This document shows, in pieces, positions 21,601 to 31,511 of a stretch of DNA of 41,171 bases; positions within the stretch are counted from its first letter, which is position 1; each line of letters opens with the position of its first letter. The position numbers and the translations under genes were made by a program. The notes beneath the pieces were generated by a model that did not search any database, was not told the DNA's origin, and saw nothing but the letters and a program-made list of their open reading frames with translations. Source of the stretch: Macrostomum lignano (lineage: Eukaryota); the NCBI GenBank assembly GCA_002269645.1, contig NIVC01000490.1:1-41171 (forward strand), read 5' to 3'.

Positions 21601-22129
21601 CGAAAACTTTTAGCTTGGTCTTGGCGAAGACAAGCCCAACATTCGTTATGCTACCAGTGAGGCTTAAAGTTACTTCTTCTGCTCTTTGCTCTTCTTTTCG
21701 CGAGTATCCGATAGTTCCTTCCATGCTAATTTCTGCGGTTCCATCCACTTCGATTGTAACACTGCTGTCAAACTGCTTTTTAAAACGACTGTCCTGCAGG
21801 GGCAGGAGGGAGCCTGATACTTTAAGATTGCATGCTTCACGACTTCTTGACTCGCATATCAGCTTCGAACACTGTACAATCGCCCCTACATCTATGAAAA
21901 CTGAGGGAGCAACTAGTGTAAGTGTGCTGCCCTGTAGTTTATTAGAAGTGATGTGGATCTCTCCTTCCGACTCGATTGTTAACCGGTTGAACTTCTGGCT
22001 TCGGTCAGCAACTGAGACCCTGGATGCAGCAATCCTGATGCATTCGTTCATTTTCATACTCATTATTAATACAAACAGTTCTTTCGATTGTTTGTCAACT
22101 TTGACCTGGCAGCTCCACCTCTCAGGGCT
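12644..22129 (-). CDS. Giant (~3,150 aa) single-exon protein, predicted long beta-helix with filamentous haemagglutinin-like repeats; function unknown
   Basis: 9.5-kb uninterrupted frame. Short alternating-hydrophobic strands throughout, plus FHA-like motifs (SITNVGLVFA, NFDNLGQL, FANFGSV, ATDIDNSAGSIVSTHG, FIDNLASI). The track's start at 22174 is a TTG. A strong acceptor (ttattctttcAG) precedes 22129 and the first ATG is at 22063. Confidence 0.85.
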   Translation of the reverse strand, partial: SPERWSCQVKVDKQSKELFVLIMSMKMNECIRIAASRVSVADRSQKFNRLTIESEGEIHITSNKLQGSTLTLVAPSVFIDVGAIVQCSKLICESRSREACNLKVSGSLLPLQDSRFKKQFDSSVTIEVDGTAEISMEGTIGYSRKEEQRAEEVTLSLTGSITNVGLVFAKTKLKVFAQNVRSPESVQEAAARVAKYHRESMTNQELELTLDGEGRRLDEQLLTRCTSHSGELNQLLCSGADPSYRNNRGRRSSATLRQSVNDLSSDANLVKQERARLDANRARLEWAENSKGIFKSESIFCVVKQNFDNLGQLIGAKVHLKIKGDAYVERLSVWKSGSISGYCRENFEVFGRVIVEDFFALEVGNCKVHKKADLWLVNGGTLSVANTLENYQRIHNTFQILSLDVGNFIQDKKAALCSAVESEAEVQITTRRASDQACGSISGYRVTVKAFDKLTIQANVKAEESVLSVICGPGGHISFRENVLITKGPFIVHSSFNQTGVDVEVDSCIQCMGVVIPAATAEFSSSSRLVCPPESNYEAPNPKSIEIVLHKANTHNGSEWDFAADEVTIFIADQFTHHGRLTLSRTKEECRTTLHIKGRRFIDKGSVIGTKHLSIDLEDDCTLANDFEALDSVVIVTNQWLHILPKIKLKCIRGNLQIRANEFANFGSVVCYKDTLIVATDIDNSAGSIVSTHGTVFIFWLGSHENSYLEGHVNAAAQLVCVATNSKSLHVQANSHDQLLQVKLPPNGASFQCLSGSVIMHSKVSAPDQSYLHLRAAEMIELRRNVQCHTMIVQPHKDFGMDLNLTVAKSQQVQVSSLLVSHLNDNELCHNDYQVTIKGQRDARLKCQTFLGSEISLQLEIRVEMDLPSQLTAHRLSVADILSVTSHQSFCDDFLLTCNKDLSLSGLVELVGLKNCLVTAQEFIQSEEATIAFQSVEKATIQADSVLIRGTVTSCMAGENPAMVIETENLNCCGSFRFGSETSVNSGKLILNAKTVKISGEITQFEEQKPPLLLIEFENEMKMHPNCEIKVGTLLVNADNGELLAMNSARTFVSELMVVQSVKKLIWESSKLELNQARLLVRKVDRLIFEDTTVECPYGVVLEDSLVGSYDEVSTAEVRICAQELIAKSAFEMRNINAVEIHADKSASLGPGSKITFCKTLRLISKFIDNLASIQDTGSIACEAENALVVGSLKCRSKLSISASKLIYNQSQLSAEDVILNGKVLMHLCKRDDGDDASKFTPANVQAKNSLKMKSCALITIFSKLCSPTISTRSILHFGFAEQICTDIESGSDELKASIKDLEKVLQPDSSNQMCDALKIMVLDAAQAFRENHNRCAQVVSAASKMVLQTVTETSGLQRNSSVASLLAGFTASIKEGFSETEEDLSDYWKKLYKCDWTPLKSNGLFERSRWLCLIGPTRIEAQKVMYDCESWRSDGSMAVKDGALIKSVCAQLWSDQPTTWLVCTGDVHIFAEKLLKTRSLTSEEASVTLRSAQIEAYGIWSARNLLMAAEESLGIDEILGETEVWITAKNARVGNLASERLCLLSESASIVNSTSTEILEAIISNELDAKLVFAPKTYLIASDSFVSIKLESSKLENCTILSDSCQILKCSFTNLNCNVTDELLVRTSHVFEKFLAKTKRHFSIGEFCFLKDLHCTAEEKISIQQVEAQHLTVSCSDLQIDDLLAAALKIVKAENITITDSSVTDLEVRSSNMTKIAGSSTKTCLGTATCTSNNFEIANVYVTETLVLCSFKAKVSETMLSKLWFICPKEGELSIEQSMSDEFVAFCSDLTSKQNKFTRLAFQGKQLKFFETETEKMHVDAYSGFLLSKSSVFGDLVAWSETAHAFASLLGSMKLRGCSVGATVRMCEVQKDIEISCRMLRMSDSSGKSLKILSRGNTILERLMIDEGCDVASLGHVTVSDCQLDHFKLLADSSVNVERLITNKSTVVIAKGHTTLKQLLVGSLHVDIGNSYLNIHDLNSVGLSWLNSGRLCISDCQSQSDMKLTVSIAARVAQCFSRTLEVTGTTNGIVGVRLLAVKSEEINITDALFASVSTTEIVNSVVFKRISGDVRIKSNCSLHNLTVQSNGILAISDSEIGQVTAVCRRCCITSTFGLQTSLFIHAKETMAAPAVLLNLVSRIDSVELAGKNIALTECVFKNGTIQADAQFTMTGCNIRDTACIQSAEVRVADTDATRIQVSASNICEIKSLRYAEVQLKTKKLQLQGCCVQKVEAKVETTAQVTACEFIESLLLKADVTMVCGVLVQDRMQVQTRVLDLDGRNSKQESEGFTKELLVMSGPETCAEGTAVNIKNIRTMQLQVNSRPKTVVLSHVTIENTALLTGNDIKLENVETSMLILSAEPTQCKISSGFIDSLKGSVENMSILTSSLKHTELSCDSFVLAGETDIQQELVLKVNKLEIKTAKVGSAWICPKGSKASATATIEGFSTELTFKIDEFNKISISECCGFKGEVTLKCHTFDAMKLCRFDQNVSIDCERCEMENPEFSASLTLRSHDGFIHGARVSNRCSLFVSGSLSLSDCQLNGAVKSFGKQGLLKLENSKCRSFHLEGSEVEINGADTSERSWISAASKVHIRKCLISDEVAVSARVVSIDGEISFIKSLRIDCASELHIGSLKVDSSLQVTSSGRIRVNSGITAASFLIRSESELPDFGAAKDCQFDELQIDCPSFDKENLVRFINAKTFECVRNVLKIKTRKPIKLSGNEFRERELALKFGITLAAPSISFRNICVASLKQICLIAESGGIDLQEYTIQAKQITLDEKTQGMRNNGRYTEHLGFEGSITTKATSPFASISSAYTRHNEAFSLSSPTQMNPKTTQASLAKELEERLLTPWELNALTNVEERISNDPRFSETAVEFHETPEPISSLTEAAKSPTEAPQPISSLTEAAKSPTEAPQPFSSLTEAAKSLTEAPEPSSSIDFSSDAATACKFLPVSAKESDQEWWQFDSECRSIKAEIQAKLEAVPSQINCDFEVPDYKNTEQQLKLLVDKATTDFNREFEAPQRTLDGHQSWRDFDNSCSVCTRSDPEDFHEARKAMQSCITDCRDILPVSIREKLPDQLPQEPESYINRVHPLIRVSQFRVTIGPSRVTEIDGKIELANFCSAGTTPRPAFLRPVDRQPEYKAKEFNIRVPDYYSHHYWDLK
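13332..13490 (-). repeat. Coding tandem repeat, 51 bp / 17 aa (PISSLTEAAKSPTEAPQ) x3
   Basis: Three near-identical 51-bp units read directly. Confidence 0.95.
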
Positions 22130-24489
22130 CTGAAAGAATAATTTCAAATTAATATTATTTGAGTAGTAAGACAATGAAAATATATTTTAACTTCTGCTGA
22201 TACGATTTATTTACTGATTGTCACGCACGACGCGCGTATATAACTACGTGTAGGGGGTTGTTATGCCTTCCAAGTTTAATTGACTTCAGTCATTACTAGC
22301 AATTGTCCCACCTAATTTTATTTGTTATAGTTTTAAGGCCCACTTACACCACCATCAAATACATGTATTGTATTGCATAGTCACAAAATTTTAAGTTAAA
22401 GTGGTTCGAAATTTCATGTAGTCGAAAAGTCTAGCTAGTCACCTTCGGCTTAAAATTTAAAAGATCTACTTAACGATGGGAAATTATATCTGAACAAGTC
22501 AACGGCTTATGAAATTTACTATCTTCAACTACGTTAAAGTTCGAGCTCAGAAGCGCTCTTATAACCGTTCTATGATCTATACTTGTTGGACCAGCCAGAT
22601 ATGCTAAACCTCATTCAAACTATATCTTGTCGAGGAACTGAAAAATCTTCTCTCAATCAGCTAATTAAAACCATGGCGCCTTTTAAAGCTTAGCTAGGGT
22701 TCAGAACTTAAAACGGAACTATAAATACAAACAGAGATCAAAATGTCTCAGCGGTCGGGCTGATGGGTTAGGCGCTGATGGAATGGGCCCAGGTTAGGGA
22801 GCTCCCCGCCTCCCTGTCTCTCCGGCCCAGCACCTTCACCATTTACTCTTTATAAGCTATTATTAGGATTATAGCACACTTAGAAATATTTAAAGTTTCC
22901 AGTGGTCAACAAGTGGCAGCTTTATTTTAACTCAAGGCATAACTCTCCTCTCTTTCCTCACCAGCCTAAGCTAGAGTCTTGTGAGCTAAAGTCAACTCAA
23001 TTTTTCGGAGACAAAAAATCACAATGATCAACCACGATCACTAGCCTGGCTGAGAAACCGTTGTATAGCAGTCAAATTTCAGTCCCCCTCGACTCCTAGC
23101 ATGTACGTACGAATACACATGTACCGTACATGTACATCAATCCCCGAGGGAAAGAGAGTGACAGTACACACAAAAAACCCATGCAGCAACATAGTTCTAC
23201 CGAGTTGACAAACCCCATTCAATGTAATTCCTTTAATTCTCCCCTGTCATGCCCCTGGGGAATTCCACGTTTTTATTCTGGGCTCCTATGTGTTCTGGCT
23301 ATTGCTACTCTTAATAAATGCACTCATTCTGATGTATTCGTCCTCCTTTTCACGCTGCCTGCCCAGCGCCCACGCAATAGCCGCATCATTACTGTAATTG
23401 CGTGCATATATTATTGTTCCCATTGATCCCCCTACTATTAGCGATCAGTAACGCGTATATTGCTTCCCGATTTTCTCTCACCCACGGAATGATCGCGCAA
23501 CACCCTTGTTCTCACCCTGATGGATATCGAGCAAAACCCACTGGCCCTAATCCACCAGGGCGCGAGTGACCTGCGACGTGTCTGTGCCCAGAGACCTTTT
23601 TTAATTTAAGGGCTTTTTAATTCTTCCGCGGATCCGAAAGAAAGAGGCGGATACTATCCAAACTATATTGAAAGCTAATTTATGTGTTCTTTTCTTACGA
23701 GAGTATGTCTTAAATTCCTATTTTGATCATTTCTCAATTTGCTTCAGTAGTTTGCATTAGATACCGAATTTTTATGGGGGCGCATTTTCTACCGGATGTC
23801 ATTTTATTTGGCAAGGTGATCCAGCACCAGAGTTGTCGAAGCTACTGATTAGGGGGCGCCCATGCATATACTTTTAATTGCCAGCCACAGGAGGCCCTCC
23901 TTCCCCACCCGCTAAGTTACTAATGTATGGAATACTCTACTACAAGAATTATTTTTAGTCGGAGGGCTGAATTAGCGCGCACAAGCAGAAGCGCGCGCAG
24001 ACACAAGCGCGCTAACACAAGCGCGCAGACACTTTTTACGGCAAGAAAAGTCGTAAATATTGTAGTACTCTGCACCCCCCTTCTCGGCACGTTGGTTTTA
24101 ACTCCTGTATACACTACATCGTAGATGCACACTTACTCTTGAGCAATTAGCTACAGAGCTTTGAGCTCAAAAATATAATCGGATCCTACGCCAACGTCGG
24201 GGCTGTAGGCGTCTGGTTCAGGTAAAATTCTGTCTCTCGCGTCAGTCACAACAAATATATTGTTGGACGAAATGCAAAGACGAGCAATCAAAAGTAAAGT
24301 AAAAAATCCGAATAAAGCAAAGTAAAACTACCGGCACAAAGCGCAGTATGAAACCAGATGCTTTGATGAAAATAGATTTCCATTCATTGGAGGTTAGGAA
24401 ACAGGAATGGATTCAAGAAAATTGGTTGCCGCTGCAAAGTAGTGGGTTGCCACAACGAAGGCCGAAGGCCGGCGGATGCTCGGATACCA

Positions 24490-25102
24490 GCTGAACGGTG
24501 TCCCCGACCTTCTCAGAAACATGTGACAACAGCGTCAGAAACTCGATGCGATTGATTAGGCGCAGCCGCAGGTTCTCTTCTGTGTGGAACAATCTCTTCG
24601 ACTGCAGCAGCGGCTTGTGCTTTTGTCGCCGTACTTTTTGCCCTTCCCCGTCCTGTCGCAGTCTAGCAGATGTGTCTTGATCGCTTTCACAAGGCTATCC
24701 AGGTAGATTTCTTAATTAGTCGTGACAGGCCCTGGTGAAGGACTCAATATCGCAGTTCGTACGCCTGGCCAGTCCGCGCACTGAGAGACGACTGCTTCCT
24801 ACGCGCTGCAGCCAAAGGGTGCCGATGAATCAGAAACCGCCCTCATACTGGCACTGTTCTCTTCGGCCCGTCTCTTCAGTCGCGATTGAAGTTGCAGCAA
24901 TTCCTTTTGTCGAGGCTCCGCTTCGTGGTTGTGCGCGGAGGCATGAATCTGTCCATCTTGTTGCACAGCAGCGCGGCCGGGACAAGTCTTCTGTGTACAG
25001 CGGTAGCCTCGGACTCCGTTTGCGGTCGCTGTCCTTGCGGTATAGCAATCCTTGATACCAATAGAGGCACGAGCCTCTTCTGTTGCCCTCGACTGACTTC
25101 AT
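24490..25102 (-). pseudogene. Frameshifted, internally deleted FLYWCH-MULE transposase relic
   Basis: Joined frames read KSVEGNRRGSCLYWYQGLLYRK...GYRCTQKTCPGRAAVQQDGQIHASAHNH (FLYWCH C-C-H-H finger), then LQSRLKRRAEE. After a deletion: RTNCDIESF (MULE RTNNxxE motif) and ...RIEFLTLLSH. Confidence 0.7.
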
Positions 25103-25244
25103 TCTCAAACTATTTAGAATAGTGACATTGGATAAGAGTAGCGGGCTTTTATGCGATAAACAGAAATATGCACAAACAGCCTGTACACAATCCCTTCTCG
25201 TGGTTGTAGGTATTCATAGTACATTTAGGACCACAAAAGATATA

Positions 25245-25520
25245 CGCTGAACAACATGTTAAAGTTTCCACCCCGAAGCCAGTGGTCAACTGATAAATTA
25301 TTCATCAGTTGAATAATGAATGAATTAATTAATTAATTTATAATAATATCATTGACAACACACTAATATCAGTCTATTTTTCTTTATATCAGCTTGATTG
25401 CGAAATCAGCCCAAACGAGCCCGCGGACGTGGTGTGAACTGCGTCACTTAGGGCTGAGATCTGAGGAAAGTTGACCACTGATTTTGGGGTGGAAAGGAAA
25501 CTTTAACATGTTGCTGAGTG
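25245..25520. mobile_element. MITE with ~45-bp imperfect TIRs and TA flanks (Tc1/mariner-type), nested in the MULE
   Basis: CAACATGTTAAAGTTTCC...CAGTGGTCAACT at 25252-25291 is inverted at 25469-25513. TA at 25243-44 and 25521-22. A related half-copy lies at ~22875-22910. Confidence 0.7.
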
Positions 25521-25893
25521 TACATCACGTGACTGACTAGCGCCCCTCGTATCTAGCCTCATATTTTAGACCCGTAGCATCAAGAATATTCTGTATTCGT
25601 TTCAACTGCACTTACCTGAGGGGAGGTGCTGAATCATCAAAATACCCATAAAACATCCACGCCATAATCACCCGAGCTCAAGTTGTATTCAGATGCGCGT
25701 CTGTGCCAGACACGTGCATTTAAAATGCGCTCCTGCATCAGAGTCCCTGAGTCAAACAGTTAAAATGCGCGCTTGTGCCAGTGCGCGCTTGTGTCAATTA
25801 GAGCAGTTTCAAAATACGCGCTAATGTCATGCGCGCTTAACCATGTGTTCCTTTTAGTAACTAATTTAGTAAAGCAAACTATTGAAAACTTAC

Positions 25894-26130
25894 ATTTCGT
25901 CCATGATTCCTGCTGATGTGCACGGACCATTGTTTGCTGTGTGTAGTAGACTTTATCTTCTGCTCTGTTATAGATGCTTTCCAATAGTTGGAGAGTAGAT
26001 AAATGTCATCACGATCCAGATCAGCTAAAAACACATTTCTCAGGTTCTGTATGTCGCTTATTCCGTGCTTATTTCTTTTGACGGCAAACATGAAATGATG
26101 CTCCTGCTGTTTCTCGTTCATTTCATGAAC
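25894..26130 (-). CDS. Putative 237-bp coding exon, possibly an upstream exon of the giant beta-helix gene
   Basis: Open 79-codon frame VHEMNEKQQEHHFMF...SRNHGRN bounded by AG and GTAAG. Its phase 0 end is compatible with the phase 0 acceptor at 22129. No recognisable homology. Confidence 0.35.
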
Positions 26131-27235
26131 CTATTTGTTATTAATAACTGTGCTGTTAATAACCATAAAACTTATGAGTTGTGTTATGCTGCTAGTTGCA
26201 ATTAAGCTAAACTACCTTCTGAGTATCAGAACGGAAAACGCAGCAGCAAATTTATTCTTCTAAGACCCTCTGCAGGCGTAAATGCTATAAAAGTTCTGAA
26301 GTAGATAAAGGCCTCATTTTTTGTTTACGAACTAGCTAATCGAAAAAAGGAACTTCAGTTTTATAAGTGCAGTAATCTGAAAGAGAACTTCAGCTTTGAT
26401 GTACGCAGGCTCGCGGTTCTTGTCTTCCTCGCTGTTTCGGAGGCCGCCCTGCAGCCAAGTCACGTGGCTTAGAGGTACATAGCCGGGGTAAGCAGAAAAA
26501 TGGACAGGCACGCAAACCCTGTAAAACTGACCCAAAGCTGTATCAGTCCAAAAAGTTAGATTTGCATATATTTTTCACTAGGAACGAACATGTTTTTGTG
26601 CGTCGTGTTAGAAGGTACCAACATTTTCCAAGTACATGTACTTAAATACAACTTGATGAAAACATTTAGAAACATGCCTGCCACTTGAGGCATTTTTCTT
26701 CGTTTTTATTTAATCTGCAAATCCTAAAAGCTGAAATAAGTTCTTGTACGAGTGATTGTAAGCCCAAAAGTAAGTTTTTTGTATTTTCTATCATTTATGG
26801 TTTTACTGGCAATAAAAGCACCAACGATCTAAGCAGTTTATCAACGCCTTCAGCATTCTAGCAGTGTTTTCAAAAGTTTAGAAATAGTTACATTGAAGAC
26901 AACTACGAGAGCAATACCTTCCAAGTTAATCTATGTTATCTACAGTATTTTAGTAGCTTTAGTTCAAAAGTATAGCATTTTCCAAGCCAATTGAGCCTAC
27001 TAGCAAGCAATTTAATCCTTAGTGGGAAAATCAAGCTATTGAAGACTTGTTTTTCATTGTCTATGGCCCAAAAGAAGGGTCTGTGGAGCAACCAATTTGA
27101 GAATATGGGCGCGCAATTAATCCTTTTCACAGTGCTCGTATATCTTTCACGAATAACTTCACTGAAATAAGGTCTGCAAATAGATAACATATCAGAAAAC
27201 GATTGACAGTAGCACTTTGATTTCAGAGAAACCAA

Positions 27236-27415
27236 TCAAAACAGGCCCGTGATTTCATAGCGACGCCTGATAGAATACACAGCTTTTCTCTTTACGTCCC
27301 GCCATGGCGAAATGTGCTCAGCACTATCACCTCTCTCGATGGCAGCGACAATCAGGTCGTACTTTTCGTTGCTTATCTTGCGATAAGGGTTCTCGCCCTG
27401 TAGGATTCTGCTCAT
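27236..27415 (-). pseudogene. N-terminal HTH relic of an IS630/Tc1-like transposase
   Basis: RKISNEKYDLIVAAIERGDSAEHIS...DVKRKAVYSIRRRYEITG fits the Tc1/IS630 N-terminal HTH pattern. No DDE domain follows. Confidence 0.55.
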
Positions 27416-27823
27416 CCACTGCATCTTTGGCTGTAGCAAAATATACCAATATTGATGGGCTGCAGAGGGCAGAAACGATCTATAACGCCGAGGCGCGTAG
27501 CGCCGATCGGAGTGTGTCATGCCGTGAATTTGGCATAAAGAAACTCAAGGTTTATTTTAACTAGCAAGTAGCTTATTAAATAATGACACGAGCAGGGGCT
27601 GAGAGAACACCGAAATAAAGTCACGTGATGATAAATAACTACGTACAAGTACATGGCGGCTTAGGGGATGGCCAGTCAGAGCGAAGGGAGAGGAAAGAAT
27701 GGTGTGCACGTACGATGCACGTACATAGCATAAGTTAGTTGGTTAGCCAGTGCCTAGAGCTCAGCGCTCCGGCACCACAGAGTGTTAGCTCATTTCTGCC
27801 CGATGCGACCCATCCATATTAGT

Positions 27824-28289
27824 GTTATAGTTAGCGGGCGTGAAACCGCGTTACACGGGCCGCTGAGACTGTCTATGGTAAAATCCCATTTACTCCAATG
27901 CATTCAGTTGGTTTCACGGCCCGCTGAAAATGTCGAAGGCAAAGTCAGAAGAAAGCGGAGTCAAGGGGGCGCTGAGCCCCCTTGTGAGGGTGGGGGCGGA
28001 GCCCCCACATTAGCACACCAGCACACAAGACAAAGAAAGAAATAATGAAATCCAAAAATTGCCTAAGGCTAAAACTCCTTATTTTGCGAATTGAAAAAAT
28101 AGTAGCTGATACTAAGAATTATTAAGCAGCGCTAAGCTTTACTTTTAAAATATACAAGTTGAAGAAACATTAACTAGATACTTATATGCATACGAGATTT
28201 TTTACTTATTGAAGTTGGCCATAGATTATTGCAGCGGACGGGATGCCGTGCGTTTCACCCCGTTTCAACACGCCTAGGCTAACTATAAC
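27824..28289. mobile_element. Nested MITE-like insert with 12-bp perfect inverted ends
   Basis: GTTATAGTTAGC (27824) and GCTAACTATAAC (28278), related GCGTG..GAAAC subterminal motifs and internal GC-rich hairpins (GGGGGCGCTGAGCCCCC). Confidence 0.5.
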
Positions 28290-28599
28290 TTTCGTCACTG
28301 CTCTGCTCGCTAAATTCTTCGTCTGCCATATCTATGTTTGTCTAATTAAATCTGTTTTCTATGGTCTAAGGCTTGCACAACTGTGGAAAGGATTAATAGC
28401 GCGCCCAAATTCCCAAATTGGTTGCTTCATAGACCCCCCTTTCGGGCCATTGACAATGAAAAGCAAGTCTTCAATATAGCTTGATTTTCCCACTAAGGAT
28501 AAAATTTCTTGCTCCTAGGCTCAATTGGCTTGAAAAATGCTATATTATATTATCTGAATTTTTGCCATACATATTTTGTGAATCAAGCCTTAGAATATA

Positions 28600-29200
28600 T
28601 TCAGTGGTTTAGCAGTTCAGCAGTTATTCGAAGTAATTGTGTAGAAAGCTTATAAGGAGGGTGGAGAGCAGCTTTATAATAATTGCGTCTTAAGCATTGA
28701 CTTTCTCCCCAATGAGTCTGGGCACCACAACATTCGTCATTGATAACTTGCATGTCTAACATGCCCCCAGGGACTACTAAAACACTGTTCATGGATCGGT
28801 AGTAAACAGCTGCAAATATTAATTTGTTTAAATAGATGTTTTTAGAAGCAAAGTTGCATTGTTAAAGTCTGCTTTAGCTGATAGCACCGATTCCTTAACA
28901 GCGCTTGTTTATCAGTTATTGAACTAATCCCTCAGTATATGGCCGCTAATCTGTAAGAGTTCTGTAGTAGTCTCTAAGCAGTTTTTTCACCTATTATTTT
29001 GACATAAAACAACTTCAAAAGGTTTTATTTCTAACAATTGTGACAGGTCTCTACGTCTTTTCCTAACGATGCCACCAATTTGTTGTAGGGGTCTTTCCTT
29101 TCCTAAGAAATTATTCCACAGCTATCACCAAATAGTGACAGCTAGGTGTTCTGGTTCTCTCTTTATAATCCCTCAGTTGATATCAATTTGTTATTGGACC
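28600..29200 (-). mobile_element. Very decayed possible non-LTR retrotransposon APE endonuclease relic
   Basis: Minus-strand fragments GGIVRK, IFAAVYYRS, VVPGGMLDM and THWGE fall in the order expected for APE motifs, with many stops and shifts. Confidence 0.3.
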
Positions 29201-31511
29201 GGTGGGGGGGGTTCTTAGCCTTAGGATTGTGGGAAAGAATTCTATTTCTAATCTGATTCGAGTGTACTTTATTGATACTCTAGTAGCGTTTATTACAGAA
29301 TGTCTTACAGGGAGGCAGCACGCCTGATAGACTGGGAGTCTAGGGGATAGGCAAAACGCCTGGTAGACAGTAAGTTTAGGGAGATAGGCCGAACGCTTAA
29401 TGGACAGTACGTCTAAAAACTACGCCTAAATCGGACAATACGCCCTTGAGGTTGGAAGAAGGCAGAATGCCTGTACTGGGCACTGGGCAGCACGCTCTTG
29501 GGGAAGAGAGAGAGAGAGAGACAACACGCCTCTATTGAACAGCACTGTTGTACCTTGGGAGAAAGAGGCAAAATCTTCCCAAGTAAGTGATAATGACAAA
29601 TATGCTATTTTTAGAACAAAAATATCAGACACTCGGATCGAGGCAAGTATTAGGCAAGAGCCCAGGAGCAAGAAGTTGGTCTTTCACTTGTGTTTTTCGT
29701 CGGTATATTTAATAAGAAAATGAAGATGGCGGTTTCTTTAAAACAAACTACAGTATTTATACGTGTCTTTTAAATACAATAGGTGCAAAATATCAGTTTT
29801 TATCAGTGCGCTAATAAAATATGGTTAGAAAATATATTTTTTCAAGGAGATAGAAAATAATGCTAACCACCTATATAATCACCTAATCACCTAGTAATCA
29901 TAGTAATCACCAGAGATCCAAAGCCACTCTGAGTCTAAGGACCTCGATGACAACATGTACTTTTAAAATTTCACCGATGTTTAGCCGACGTAAAATGACG
30001 TTATCCGTCGATGTAACGTGAGAGTGCATATTTTATACTCTCGGATTGTTTACAGTCTAGTCGGATTGCTGTACGGGTGTGACGTTGCTAGTTTAAAGTG
30101 GTCCCGCAAAAGGGCCGTTGGACTACAAATTTCCTTACAATTTCTCATTTAATATTCTCCAATCCTGTATTCTCACGTTTACTTGTAGTAGCGCCCAACG
30201 AATCTGTATCAATTGCTAAATCACTCCGTACTTTGTAAGCCTTGTGTACGGCTGTAGGGTCTCGCGCGATCGATAATTTCTGTTTCTTGTTTTTTCCTCG
30301 ACAGCCAATGATAACTCTCCGCATATATTATGTTAACCCTCCTGCGCTCCTTTATTAACCCCGCCTAGCGGCGGGCTGGGGTTTTTTTCACTCCCTTCGC
30401 CACTTTCGCTCTTTCGCTCTCTCGTTCTCTCGTCCTCGTGCCTCCTTATCTCTCGCCACGGCTCCACTCCGTCTGGGCCAGACTGTCTACGCACTCTTGC
30501 TACACTGTGTACTGCCACGGGCCGACGCCCAATCTCGCCGCTTTGTTTGTTTGCCTACTTGTTACTCACAGCCATCACTTGCTACTCGGCTCCATCCCAA
30601 TTATCATCATCTACTCAACTTCCATCTATACGACTAGATTACATCAACCCATTGTTGCAGCCGCCAGTGCCCCATAACGTCATAAGCTTCTGTATTAATA
30701 TTAAACATTGATAATTATAAACCAGTTGGCGTCTTTTGTTATCTACCGCCATTGCCAAGTGCTACCGCTACAAAATCTACTCTGCCATTGTTGAGTTCAC
30801 CATCCTTTTTGGGACTAATAACGTCAGCACTCTCGTCAAACGGCCCTTTTGAGGGCTATAGCCACTACTACGCCAATAACGTGACACGGGTATAATGAAA
30901 TTTGGGATATTGCCTCGCAAAGTAGCGGCCTAACTAATTCAGAACAAATGTCAGGTATGATCATAGCTATTGGTTTTACTCGGTAGTTCACGCACTTCAC
31001 GCTCGCACTCGTAATATAGTTTTATGCTTATTTCTCTTAGATAAGAAGGTGGATAGATCTAAAGATAGTTACCGCGAATTTAAAATAGTTTTACATGTAT
31101 ACGTACAAAAACACCGCTTTTAAGGCTTTGAACTTTCCGTAACAATGTCCACCAAGCTTGTGTGGTTTTTAATCCGATTCTTCTTATTTTTCTTCCTAGA
31201 TTCGTCTCCTAAATCCAATGGCATCACATTAATTTCGGATTATTCAGTGTTCGAGTGCTGTTGATTGCGACAGTAAAAAAAATTTGTCTGGCTCTCTGAC
31301 CCTCTTGGTAATCTCTAAATTTGACAAGAGCAAATCTAATAATTTGTTATTAGAAATGAGAGCATTTCTCTAAGCACTACGATCGTAGCATAGAACTCAA
31401 TTTTAAGTACTCGTAATCGACCATTTCCTGAAAAATCTCAGCACTTGAGACTGTCTAAGTGCTAATAATTAATTCGTGCTAAGTACTTTGAGCTTAATTC
31501 TAAATTGCAGA

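Larger units (their letters stand above)
23915..25862 (-). mobile_element. Decayed Mutator-like (FLYWCH-MULE) element with degenerate TIRs
   Basis: AGTTACTAA is inverted at both ends. CACAAGCGCGC motifs at 24002 and 24016 face GCGCGCTTGTG at 25767 and 25783. Encloses a transposase relic. No TSD found. Confidence 0.55.
26971..28544 (-). mobile_element. Non-autonomous IS630/Tc1/mariner-like element with ~163-bp TIRs
   Basis: 26971-27133 and 28380-28544 are inverted copies with scattered substitutions (TATAGCATTTT(C/T)CAAGCCAATTGAGCCTA...), TA at both outer ends. Contains an HTH relic. Confidence 0.8.

Noticed and set aside
12581-22133. Numerous plus-strand ORFs
   Set aside because: Antisense shadows of the 9.5-kb minus-strand ORF.
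30331-30707. Possible solo LTR (TGTT...AACA)
   Set aside because: No matching TSD, second LTR or convincing PBS.
31476-31511. ORF-track N-terminal extension MLSTLSLILNCR of the SecA-like protein
   Set aside because: Non-ATG start in AT-rich sequence ending in a splice acceptor; the ATG at 31512 is preferred.
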